A DNA stretch of 25,200 nucleotides from a virus (taxonomy: Duplodnaviria; Caudoviricetes): positions 1-25,200 of the IMG/VR virus record IMGVR_UViG_3300032277_000071; one strand, given 5' to 3'. Below, in pieces: positions 6,557-15,018 of the stretch. The translations under genes and the position numbers were made by a program. Numbering within the stretch: position 1 is the stretch's first letter; each line of letters starts with the position of its first letter. The notes below the pieces were generated by a model. The model was not told where the DNA came from and searched no databases. It saw only the letters and a program-made list of their open reading frames with translations.

Positions 6557-7266
6557 TACTACTAGTTGATGCAGATAGTTTAATCTTTGCAGCTTGTTAT
6601 AAAAAACGAGAGAACCCAGAAGATGATAAATACTATCGAGATATAGAAGAAGCACAAGCGAAGTTTGATGAGCAATTTATGAGCATAGTAAACAAGCTGG
6701 AAGATATGTATCCAGTTGAAAAAGTACTAACGTTTAGCGGTAGTAAGGGAAACTTTAGAAAGCTAATTACAAGCGATTACAAAGCCAATAGAAAAAAGCA
6801 AGAGTTACCGCCTTTATTAGATGAGATGCACCAATACGTAAAAGACCAATACGACAGCGTTTGGGGTTATGGAATTGAAACTGATGATATGGTTGCTAGA
6901 TATTGGTACGAGCTGTCAAACGAACTAGGACGTAACAATGTTATGATAGTAAGTATAGATAAGGACTACAAACAGTTTCCCTGCCTGATGTACAACTATC
7001 ACTATAAACACAAAGAGGTTTTAGATATAAGCGAGGACGAGGCTTTATATAACTTTTATGAGCAAATGATAATAGGAGATACAGCAGATAATGTAAACTA
7101 CTTTAAAGGTAAAGGTAAAAAGTTTGCAGAAAAATACTTAGCTGATTGCGACACTAAATACCAATACACTAAAAAGATGTACGAATTATTTAAACAAGAA
7201 TACAAAGGTAAGGCACGTCAAAAATATGCAGAGTGCTATCACTTATTAAAACTTAGAACAGAATGA
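6553..7266 (+). CDS. 5'-3' exonuclease / flap endonuclease (T7 gp6, T5 D15, PolI N-terminal-like)
   Basis: LLVDADSL, NFRK..YKANR, ETDD, SIDKD, GDTADNV..KGKGKK (H3TH). Confidence 0.9.
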   Translation: MILLVDADSLIFAACYKKRENPEDDKYYRDIEEAQAKFDEQFMSIVNKLEDMYPVEKVLTFSGSKGNFRKLITSDYKANRKKQELPPLLDEMHQYVKDQYDSVWGYGIETDDMVARYWYELSNELGRNNVMIVSIDKDYKQFPCLMYNYHYKHKEVLDISEDEALYNFYEQMIIGDTADNVNYFKGKGKKFAEKYLADCDTKYQYTKKMYELFKQEYKGKARQKYAECYHLLKLRTE

Positions 7267-7904
7267 AAATATTAAATTTATATGCTTGTTTGGGTGGAAA
7301 CCGTTACAAGTGGGATGAGGTTACAGATGTGGAAGTTACAGCAGTAGAATGGGATGAAGAACTTGCTAAACTATACCAAGAACGTTTTCAAAACGATAAA
7401 GTAATAGTTGCAGACGCACACCAATACTTACTTGACCATTACAAAGAATTTGATTTTATCTGGAGTTCTCCGCCTTGCCCAACTCATAGCAGATTTAATA
7501 TATCGATGAAATCAAAACGTGAAATGAAGTACCCTGATATGAAGCTATATCAAGAAATAATATTTTTAGATAATTTCTTTAACGGTAAATATGTTGTTGA
7601 AAATGTTATCCCATTTTACACTCCATTAATTCCAGCACTAGAAAGAAACAGACATTTGTACTGGACTAACTTTAACTTGCCCAATATTGTAAGTAAACGG
7701 AAAAACCCAGATTTAAGTAGAGCAAAAAATTTAATAAGTGTATTGTCTGAATTTCACGATTATGATTTTAGAAAGTACAAAGGGGAACAAAGAATGAATA
7801 AGATAGCAAGAAACCTTGTTGATTATGAAGCAGGTAAAACAATATTAGAAACCGCAATAGGTATAATAAAAAAACAAAACGTAAACCAAACAGAATTATT
7901 TTAA
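7263..7904 (+). CDS. Short C5-cytosine DNA methyltransferase
   Basis: Motif I variant LNLYACLGG, motif IV SPPC, motif VI VVENV, RNRHLYW. Confidence 0.85.
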   Translation: MKILNLYACLGGNRYKWDEVTDVEVTAVEWDEELAKLYQERFQNDKVIVADAHQYLLDHYKEFDFIWSSPPCPTHSRFNISMKSKREMKYPDMKLYQEIIFLDNFFNGKYVVENVIPFYTPLIPALERNRHLYWTNFNLPNIVSKRKNPDLSRAKNLISVLSEFHDYDFRKYKGEQRMNKIARNLVDYEAGKTILETAIGIIKKQNVNQTELF

Positions 7905-7905
7905 A

Positions 7906-8028
7906 ATGATTAGATTTGTATATGACCTAGACATAGTACTTGAGGCAATGGAGAACCAAGACTATAAAGATGCAGTAGCAATGATTAAAGATATACAAGA
8001 AGATTTGAGAATATTAGCATTATTATGA
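7906..8028 (+). CDS. Small helical protein, 40 aa (MIRFVYDLDIVLEAMENQDYKDAVAMIKDIQEDLRILALL), absent from ORF track
   Basis: Fills the gap; ATGA overlap with 8025. Confidence 0.65.
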   Translation: MIRFVYDLDIVLEAMENQDYKDAVAMIKDIQEDLRILALL

Positions 8029-8495
8029 GTTTAAAAGTTAAAGAAAGTAGATATAGTCAATGTAAATTTGATGGTGATTATTATGAAAATTTATTTAAAG
8101 AGAAGTCTTTATCTGTTGGGTTAGAATATAAAGATGCAAGTAAAGAAGATGACTGGTATAAACATATTGATTGTTATGTGAACGGTTATGGGGTTGATGT
8201 AAAAGGTAATAGGCACTTAGAAACTATATGGCTAGAGATTACTAATGTTAATGGTAATAAAGGGTGGTTAAGGGGTTCAGCTTATTACATTGCTATGTTT
8301 ATTATGGAATTAAATTGTTTTAGTATCTATAAAAGAACAGACCTTTTAGACCACATAAAATTAAATACAAAAGAATACACAGAAACAAAAACAGATTATA
8401 ATAAGTTTTATACTAGGAAAAAATGGGGTAAAAAAGACATATTAGTAAAATATAAATATAATGATATAAAACACTTAGAACTTAAAAAATTATGA
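8025..8495 (+). CDS. PD-(D/E)XK superfamily nuclease-like protein
   Basis: HIDCYVNGYGVDVKG pattern, IWLE...GNKGWL. Confidence 0.6.
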   Translation: MSLKVKESRYSQCKFDGDYYENLFKEKSLSVGLEYKDASKEDDWYKHIDCYVNGYGVDVKGNRHLETIWLEITNVNGNKGWLRGSAYYIAMFIMELNCFSIYKRTDLLDHIKLNTKEYTETKTDYNKFYTRKKWGKKDILVKYKYNDIKHLELKKL

Positions 8496-8722
8496 AACGA
8501 GCAACTTATTTACATTACGAAAACGGTAAAGGCTATGATGTTATAGACTTTATAAAAGATTATGAGCTAAACTTCAATAGGGGAAATATAATTAAGTATA
8601 TCTGCAGGAGCGGTAAAAAAGACGATGAGTTAAAAGACTTAGAAAAAGCAGCAGATTATTTACGCAGAGAAATAGAATACCTAAGAGAGCAGCAGCAACA
8701 ATGGATAGAAAAAAACAAATAG
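8492..8722 (+). CDS. DUF3310-family protein (T7 gp1.7 nucleotide-kinase-like)
   Basis: HY...DVIDFI...FNRGNIIKYICRSGKK...DLEKAADYL. Confidence 0.85.
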   Translation: MKRATYLHYENGKGYDVIDFIKDYELNFNRGNIIKYICRSGKKDDELKDLEKAADYLRREIEYLREQQQQWIEKNK

Positions 8723-9144
8723 AATACTATAAACAAATGGAACAAAAAGAACTAGAACACCAAGAACAAGTGAGAGGGGTTTATGACGAACCTATAAACG
8801 ACAGACACTTAGCGTATTTAAAATGCGTATTGATAAGTCAATTACTACTAGAGGCTAACGATGATTTAAAAGGCAGTAAAGCATTTAAGCAAAACGTAAA
8901 GCTACAAGTAAATAAAACATCAAAGATACTAGAGCGAGTATATCAAGAGGGTTTTAATACAGTGTATCATAACAACCCAGAGATGTGTACAAATGTACTA
9001 AACAAAATAGATAGCTTAATACACAAGGTTAAAACCGCTTCTATTGATGAGCTGGTTATAATTGATGCACTAGTAGATAACTACTTTCAAAACAAAGAAG
9101 AACATAATAAAAACCAAACAGCAGAATTCACTAAATTAGATTAA
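8701..9144 (+). CDS. Hypothetical helical protein
   Basis: 147-aa ORF within the operon; start uncertain. Confidence 0.65.
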   Translation: MDRKKQIEYYKQMEQKELEHQEQVRGVYDEPINDRHLAYLKCVLISQLLLEANDDLKGSKAFKQNVKLQVNKTSKILERVYQEGFNTVYHNNPEMCTNVLNKIDSLIHKVKTASIDELVIIDALVDNYFQNKEEHNKNQTAEFTKLD

Positions 9145-9145
9145 T

Positions 9146-9280
9146 ATGTATATAAATATAGAAATAAAAAAAGCAGAAAGAAAAGACTATTTTAAATTTA
9201 ATATTAACGGAGTTAAACTGGGAGAATGGGAACGGTCAGACCTTAGACACTTAATAGAAGTTATAGATAATAAAATATAG
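9146..9280 (+). CDS. Small protein, 44 aa (MYINIEIKKAERKDYFKFNINGVKLGEWERSDLRHLIEVIDNKI), absent from ORF track
   Basis: Starts 1 nt after the upstream stop and tiles the gap. Confidence 0.7.
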   Translation: MYINIEIKKAERKDYFKFNINGVKLGEWERSDLRHLIEVIDNKI

Positions 9281-9285
9281 ACAAA

Positions 9286-9432
9286 ATGAAAACAGTAAAA
9301 CAAATAATACAATATGCAATAGACAACCCACATACAGAAAGGTACATAGGCTCAGACTGTTGTAATGCAGAACCAAGCCAATTAAACGACAACCTTTGTA
9401 GTGAGTGCTTAGAGCATACAGAATTTAACTAA
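9286..9432 (+). CDS. Zinc-ribbon-like microprotein, 48 aa (…SDCCNA…LCSECLEH…), absent from ORF track
   Basis: Tiles the gap; CC and CxxC-xxH motifs. Confidence 0.7.
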   Translation: MKTVKQIIQYAIDNPHTERYIGSDCCNAEPSQLNDNLCSECLEHTEFN

Positions 9433-9440
9433 AAATAAAT

Positions 9441-9962
9441 ATGAAATTAGAAACAATAAAAGAAGCAGTAAACAAAAAATTCAATTTAGATATCTCTTTA
9501 GATACAAGGCAAAGAAATTACTCTTATGCTAAAAAGGTATTTAGTAAACTAGCCTATGAAAGCGGCGCTACATTTAAAGAAGTGGGAGATATAATAAAAA
9601 AAAGTCACTGTAATATATTGCACCACGTTAATAGTATAAACGTAATAACTCTTGAGGATAAAAAGAAACACGACCAAATAATAAGAGAGCTAAACTTAGT
9701 ATTATCTAAACCGTTCTTTAACTCAGAACAAGACAAAATAAAAAAAGAAATAAAGAAAAAACAAACAAAAAAAACTATAAAAGAAATACAAGACGTTCTA
9801 GACGTTTTAAGTGGCTGGGATATAGAAACAGTAACAGAATTTAAACAAACACGACTAGACCCATTTAACGCATTAATAAAGACTAGAGTAAAGCGTAAGA
9901 CTATAAAGGAAGTAAAAGGTGCTATACTAAACAAGAAAGTTAAAAACCCTGTACTATGCTAA
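9441..9962 (+). CDS. HTH protein resembling the DnaA C-terminal (domain IV) DNA-binding domain
   Basis: IKEAVNKKFNLDI..TRQRNYSYAK...TFKEVGDIIKKSHCNILH parallels the DnaA-IV pattern (SLxxIGxxFGxDHTTVLH). Confidence 0.6.
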   Translation: MKLETIKEAVNKKFNLDISLDTRQRNYSYAKKVFSKLAYESGATFKEVGDIIKKSHCNILHHVNSINVITLEDKKKHDQIIRELNLVLSKPFFNSEQDKIKKEIKKKQTKKTIKEIQDVLDVLSGWDIETVTEFKQTRLDPFNALIKTRVKRKTIKEVKGAILNKKVKNPVLC

Positions 9963-10606
9963 TAACAAACGAGGACAATATGGAACTGATGGCGAGGTAT
10001 GAAGATAACTACTTTGACCTTGCTATTGTAGACCCACCTTATGGGATTGGTTTTGGCGAATTTAACAGAACAAACAAGGATAGTAGTGGCAATAGATACA
10101 AAGCAAATAAATACAAGCAAGGTAACTGGGATAATGCAATACCAACAAATGAATATTTTATAGAATTGCAAAGAGTGAGTAAAAACCAAATTGTTTGGGG
10201 AGGAAACTACTTCCCTTATTTATGGCAAAACGGATGCAAAGGTTTTATTTTTTGGTATAAAGGAAACCCAGTACCAAATTTTGCAGATGGTGAACTTGCA
10301 TACACAAGTTTTAATAAAGTTGCTAAAATGTATAATTATAGATACTATGGAAATTTAGAGGGCAATACAAGTGCTGAACAAAAATATCACCCAACACAAA
10401 AACCCGTTAAACTTTACGAGTGGCTTTTAATGAATTACGCAAAAGAGGGAGATAAAATATTAGATACTCATTTAGGTTCTGGAAGTATAGCAATAGCCTG
10501 TCATAATTTAGGATATGATTTGACCGCTTGTGAATTAGATAAAGACTATTACGATGCAGCTATAAAAAGAATAGACCAACACAAAGCACAAATAAGAATG
10601 TTCTAA
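9956..10606 (+). CDS. N6-adenine/N4-cytosine DNA methyltransferase, beta class
   Basis: DPPY near the N-terminus, HPTQKP, ILDTHLGSGS SAM motif near the C-terminus. Confidence 0.92.
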   Translation: MLITNEDNMELMARYEDNYFDLAIVDPPYGIGFGEFNRTNKDSSGNRYKANKYKQGNWDNAIPTNEYFIELQRVSKNQIVWGGNYFPYLWQNGCKGFIFWYKGNPVPNFADGELAYTSFNKVAKMYNYRYYGNLEGNTSAEQKYHPTQKPVKLYEWLLMNYAKEGDKILDTHLGSGSIAIACHNLGYDLTACELDKDYYDAAIKRIDQHKAQIRMF

Positions 10607-10630
10607 AAAAATATAATTCTGTTTATATAT
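10604..10630 (+). promoter_or_regulatory. Putative late promoter YAAA-N15-TTATATAT (copy 1)
   Basis: TAAA 10604, TTATATAT 10623-10630, before the terminase operon. Confidence 0.6.
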
Positions 10631-10655
10631 TATTGAATAAACAATTTATTTCAAA

Positions 10656-10925
10656 ATGGATAACAGAAAAAATAATGGTGGAGCTAGGCAAGGTGCTGGG
10701 CGTAAACCAAAGGCAATAGAACAAAAACTAATTGAGCGCTTAGATGCTATAATAGACAAAGACGAAGCTATAAGTAAACTAGGGGAGTTAGTGGCTAAAG
10801 GCGATATGAGAGCTGTACAGCTGTATTTAAGCTATCGTTATGGCAAACCTAAGGAAAGTGTAGACATCAACTCTAGTGAGGGCTTAAACATTAATTTTAG
10901 AGATTTAATAAAGTTCGTTGATTAA
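10656..10925 (+). CDS. terS: Putative terminase small subunit
   Basis: GGARQGAGRKPK motif, GKPKE; directly upstream of and overlapping terL. Confidence 0.65.
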   Translation: MDNRKNNGGARQGAGRKPKAIEQKLIERLDAIIDKDEAISKLGELVAKGDMRAVQLYLSYRYGKPKESVDINSSEGLNINFRDLIKFVD

Positions 10926-12126
10926 AGTAAAAAAGAAATATATGCCTATTGTTGATAGCGATAGTAGGTATTTTATTGTGAGTGGTGGGCGTGGTTCTGG
11001 AAAGTCTTTTTCGGTAAACGCCCTTTTAGTGATGCTTACTTACGAACAAGGTCACACGATACTGTTTACGCGTTATACATTAACCTCAGCTTATATATCA
11101 ATTATACCAGAGTTTATAGACAAGCTAGAACAGTTTGGTTCAATAGCAGACTTTCACATAACCAAAGATGAGATACTAAACAAAAAGACTGGTAGTAAAA
11201 TAATATTCAGAGGGATAAAAACCTCAAGCGGTGACCAGACTGCTAACCTTAAATCTCTACAAGGTATTACAACGTGGGTAGTAGATGAAGCAGAAGAACT
11301 AGTCGATGAACAAAAGTTTGATACTATTGATTTATCAGTAAGACAGCAGGGTAAACCAAACAGAATAATATTAATACTAAACCCAACAACAAAAGAACAT
11401 TTTATATATAGACGTTTCTTTGAGGACAGAGGGGTGCAAGAGGGTAGCAATACAACTAAAGAAAATACTACATATATACACACTACTTATAAGGATAACA
11501 TAAAGAACTTATCTAAAAGCTATATAGACCAAATAGAGCAAATGAAGATAAGACGTCCAGAAAAATACAAACAGCAAATGCTAGGTGCGTGGTTAAACAA
11601 AGCAGAGGGGGTTATATTTAATAACTGGAGTGTAGGAGAATTTAAGCATATAGGCAGTAGCGTATGGGGTCAAGATTATGGTTTTGCAGCAGACCCTAGT
11701 ACATTGGTTGAGGTCAATATAGACAGTTCTAACAAACGTATTTATTTAAAAGAATGTTTCTACTTACAAAGACTAACCACATCACAAATAGCACAGCTTA
11801 ATTTAAAACACGCTAGAGAGGGTTTAATTGTTGGAGATAGTGCAGAGCCTAGACTACTTAGCGAGATAAAAGCAAAGGGTTGTAACGTAAGACCAAGTAT
11901 AAAAGGACAGGGAAGCATAACCTATGGTATTAGCTTATTACAAGATTATGATATTATAGTAAGTCCAGATAGCACTAACTTAATTAAAGAACTAAACAAC
12001 TATCGTTGGCTAGAACGTAAGAGCAATACACCAATAGACAAATATAACCACTTAATAGATGCGGTTCGTTATGCAGTAGGGTTTCAATTACAAAACCCAA
12101 ACAGAGGTAAATATACCGTATCTTAG
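10918..12126 (+). CDS. terL: Terminase large subunit (PBSX/SPP1-like)
   Basis: Walker A GGRGSGKS, Walker B VVDEAEE, LNP coupling motif, nuclease GQDYGF and NHLIDAVRY. Confidence 0.95.
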   Translation: MIKVKKKYMPIVDSDSRYFIVSGGRGSGKSFSVNALLVMLTYEQGHTILFTRYTLTSAYISIIPEFIDKLEQFGSIADFHITKDEILNKKTGSKIIFRGIKTSSGDQTANLKSLQGITTWVVDEAEELVDEQKFDTIDLSVRQQGKPNRIILILNPTTKEHFIYRRFFEDRGVQEGSNTTKENTTYIHTTYKDNIKNLSKSYIDQIEQMKIRRPEKYKQQMLGAWLNKAEGVIFNNWSVGEFKHIGSSVWGQDYGFAADPSTLVEVNIDSSNKRIYLKECFYLQRLTTSQIAQLNLKHAREGLIVGDSAEPRLLSEIKAKGCNVRPSIKGQGSITYGISLLQDYDIIVSPDSTNLIKELNNYRWLERKSNTPIDKYNHLIDAVRYAVGFQLQNPNRGKYTVS

Positions 12127-12130
12127 TTAC

Positions 12131-12157
12131 TAAAATAAATTAAAAAAGTTTATATAT
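12131..12157 (+). promoter_or_regulatory. Putative late promoter (copy 2)
   Basis: TAAA 12131, TTATATAT 12150-12157, ATG 4 nt later. Confidence 0.65.
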
Positions 12158-12161
12158 TAAT

Positions 12162-12806
12162 ATGGAAGTAAAGCTAATTATACCTACATCGTTAAATGAA
12201 ATCACTCTAGGACAGTATCAGGAGTTTTCAAAACTAGATATTACAAAGGAGTCAGAGGTGCAGTCTAAGATGATTGAGATATTTTGTAAAGTACCTGTTG
12301 AGGTTGTACGCTCAATGAAAGCAAAAGATATAACAGATATTTGCACTATTATAAACAATATGTTTGATGTAGAGCATCAGATGTTAAATAGGTTTGATTT
12401 AAACGGTGTTAAATACGGTTTTATACCAGACTTAGAAAATATAAGTTTTGGTGAATACGTGGACTTAGATACATTTATGGGGGATAATGATAACCTGCAT
12501 AGAGCTATGAATGTTTTATATAGACCTATTGACTTAAAACAAGGTGTGAGATACACGCTAAAAGAATACGACCCAGATACAAATGAAGAGGCTAAAAACT
12601 ATCCTTTAGATGCTGTATTCGGTGCTATGGTTTTTTTTTACGATTTAGGGAAAGACTTATCGACAGTTATCCTGAACTCTTCGAGCAAACAGAACGAGCA
12701 GAACTTAGCGCAGTATCTGGATTCACTACAAAATGGGGCTGGTACAATTCCATCTATGGAATCGCTAACGGAGATATTACAAAATTTGAAGATATCACTA
12801 AACTAA
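12162..12806 (+). CDS. Probable tail assembly chaperone, in-frame product (gpG-like)
   Basis: Two similar ITLGQY / ISFGEY segments; contains a T9 slippery site at 12631-12639. Confidence 0.55.
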   Translation: MEVKLIIPTSLNEITLGQYQEFSKLDITKESEVQSKMIEIFCKVPVEVVRSMKAKDITDICTIINNMFDVEHQMLNRFDLNGVKYGFIPDLENISFGEYVDLDTFMGDNDNLHRAMNVLYRPIDLKQGVRYTLKEYDPDTNEEAKNYPLDAVFGAMVFFYDLGKDLSTVILNSSSKQNEQNLAQYLDSLQNGAGTIPSMESLTEILQNLKISLN

Positions 12807-12892
12807 ATGTACACGAGTGTTTAACATACTTAACTTACACAAAAGAAAAAAACGAAATAGAAGCAAGAAATATTAAAAATAAATTCAAATGA
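12632..12892 (+). CDS. -1 frameshift extension (gpGT-like): FF-LRFRERLIDSYPELF…KWGWYNSIYGIANGDITKF…KNKFK
   Basis: The -1 frame is open for 84 codons after T TTT TTT, has no ATG, and ends in an ATGA overlap with gene 12889. Confidence 0.75.
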   Translation, partial: FFLRFRERLIDSYPELFEQTERAELSAVSGFTTKWGWYNSIYGIANGDITKFEDITKLNVHECLTYLTYTKEKNEIEARNIKNKFK

Positions 12893-13359
12893 GTTACACA
12901 GGAATAAGAGGATACTATTTATTAACCCAAGCTATTAAAGATGCTTTACTAGGTGATATAAATGTAAACACCGTTACAGAGGGTGATTTATTTGATATTG
13001 ATTTGTCTAAGCAGTCTATATTCCCTTTATCACATTTGATAGTAAATACAGTAACAGCACAGGAAAGTGTTTTAAGGTTTAACGTTTCTATACTAGCAAT
13101 GGATATAGTAGATGAAAGTAAAGAGCCTACATCAGATATATTTATAGGTAACAATAATGAGCAAGATGTACTTAATACACAATTAGCAGTATTAAATAAG
13201 TTAGTGCAGGTTTTAAGGCGTGGAGATTTATATAACGATAAATACCAATTAGATGGTGATGCAAACTGTGAACCTTTTGTAGATAGGTTTGAAAACAAAG
13301 TAGCAGGGTGGACTGCAACTTTTGATGTGTTGGTAAATAACGATATAGAAATATGTTAG
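12889..13359 (+). CDS. Putative tail terminator/completion protein
   Basis: 156 aa, acidic, FPLSH..V motif and alpha/beta pattern; tail-gene context. Confidence 0.45.
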   Translation: MSYTGIRGYYLLTQAIKDALLGDINVNTVTEGDLFDIDLSKQSIFPLSHLIVNTVTAQESVLRFNVSILAMDIVDESKEPTSDIFIGNNNEQDVLNTQLAVLNKLVQVLRRGDLYNDKYQLDGDANCEPFVDRFENKVAGWTATFDVLVNNDIEIC

Positions 13360-13883
13360 CTGATAAATCTATACAGGAGGAATTAAATAAATTTGCAAAG
13401 TATGTTATTCAGCAAAGCAGAAGCAACCTATCTAAAAGCGACAAGAACGACACTAAGAAACTTTATAATAGTTTAGGTTATAATATAGAGCTAACACAAA
13501 AAGGTGCTGAACTAGGCTTTAGTATGGAGCAATACGGAGAGTTTCAAGACAAAGGGGTAAGAGGAAAGTCATCAAGCAGTAAAGCACCTAACAGTCCTTT
13601 TAGGTTTGGTAGTGGCACAGGTAAAAAAGGAGGTTTAACAAACAGTATTAATAAATGGGTTAAGCGTAAAGGAATACAGTTTAGGGATAGAAAATCTGGT
13701 AGGTTTTTAAGTTATCAAAGCACAGCGTTTTTAATTTCAAGAAGTATATACCAAAAAGGAATTAAACCTAGTTTATTTTTTACTAAACCATTTGTAGCAG
13801 CGTTTAAGAGGTTGCCAGATGATTTAATAAAAGCCTACTCAATAGGACTTGATAAAGATTTAATAAAATTAACACAAAGATAA
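13353..13883 (+). CDS. Putative neck/tail-completion protein (HK97 gp10-like)
   Basis: Basic protein; TKKLYNSL, YGEFQDKG, GIKPSLFFTKPF. Confidence 0.55.
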   Translation: MLADKSIQEELNKFAKYVIQQSRSNLSKSDKNDTKKLYNSLGYNIELTQKGAELGFSMEQYGEFQDKGVRGKSSSSKAPNSPFRFGSGTGKKGGLTNSINKWVKRKGIQFRDRKSGRFLSYQSTAFLISRSIYQKGIKPSLFFTKPFVAAFKRLPDDLIKAYSIGLDKDLIKLTQR

Positions 13884-15017
13884 ATGGCAAAGATTAATAC
13901 AAGAAGTCCATATTATGTAAGCACAGGGACAGTTACAAATTTAACAAGTGCAACCTTAGACTTATACATATACACAGGAACACAAGGAGTTGGGGGTGTA
14001 TTTAACAGTAGACCTACTCAGCCTACATACTCCTTACAGTCTTTTGCGGTGCAAGGTGTATCTGTTTTTGAGATTAGCGAATTAGTTAAAGATTATTTTC
14101 AAAACAATTTTGATGGTTTTTATCAAAGTGACAACTACTGGGTTGATTATAGAACAACTAATTTTATTAGTGGTGTAGCTCAAACACCTAGCAGCTTTAC
14201 TGGTTTAACAGGCTTTTACGGTTACGGTTATTTTGACGATGGAGCAAACCCAGAAAACGATTATAGTTTATTACAGTCAAATAAAACGGTAATTAAACTA
14301 GCTGATGAACTTTTAACCTTAGCGGTTGACACTTCTAAAACTTCAAGCGTAGATTTTTATTTTAATAGTCAACTTGTATTTAGTAAGTCAATTTCAAGTA
14401 GCACACAGAATAACCTACAAACAGAATACGTTAAAAATGCTGCCACTACTTTTGAAGATTTTGAGAACAGAGTTATACAAGACGGTGGTACTTTTGAAAG
14501 CAGTAGCTGTTTAACTAGCTTTACTGATAGCTTAATATTTTCTGTTGATACTATTAATGTAAACGGTGTAGATGGAGTTGATTTAATCAAAGTTCAAAAC
14601 ATTGAAGAGTGTAAATACCAACCTTATAAAATAACCTTTATAAATAAGTTCGGTGCACTTCAAAATATATGGTTTTTCAAAAGGTCAAATGAAACGCTTA
14701 CAACTAAAAAAGAAGATTTCAAACGTAATATAATAGTAAACGGTACTTACAATATAAGCAACCATCAAAACAAAGTACTTACTAAAAATGGTAGTGAAAA
14801 ACTAACTTTAAATACAGGGTTTTACCCAGAAGAATACAACGAGGTTTTTAAGCAAATGCAACTTAGTGAGGATTGCTGGATTGATATAAATAATAAAACA
14901 TTACCTATAAATATAACATCATCTGAACTAGCATATAAAACACAGTTAAATGATAAGCTAATTAATTACACTATAAATATTGAGTATGCTTTTGATGTTA
15001 TAAACAATATTAGATAA
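13884..15017 (+). CDS. Virion tail structural protein
   Basis: Beta-rich, FINKFGALQNIWF motif; between neck and large tail genes. Confidence 0.5.
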   Translation: MAKINTRSPYYVSTGTVTNLTSATLDLYIYTGTQGVGGVFNSRPTQPTYSLQSFAVQGVSVFEISELVKDYFQNNFDGFYQSDNYWVDYRTTNFISGVAQTPSSFTGLTGFYGYGYFDDGANPENDYSLLQSNKTVIKLADELLTLAVDTSKTSSVDFYFNSQLVFSKSISSSTQNNLQTEYVKNAATTFEDFENRVIQDGGTFESSSCLTSFTDSLIFSVDTINVNGVDGVDLIKVQNIEECKYQPYKITFINKFGALQNIWFFKRSNETLTTKKEDFKRNIIVNGTYNISNHQNKVLTKNGSEKLTLNTGFYPEEYNEVFKQMQLSEDCWIDINNKTLPINITSSELAYKTQLNDKLINYTINIEYAFDVINNIR

Positions 15018-15018
15018 T

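Noticed and set aside
7263-8495. C5 MTase plus nearby nuclease as a classical type II restriction-modification pair
   Set aside because: Separated by an unrelated micro-ORF, and both are unusually short; no sequence evidence of cognate specificity.
11091-11409. TTATATAT copies inside terL (11091, 11402) and inside gene 23525 (23716)
   Set aside because: They lack the YAAA box 19 nt upstream and are not in intergenic positions.
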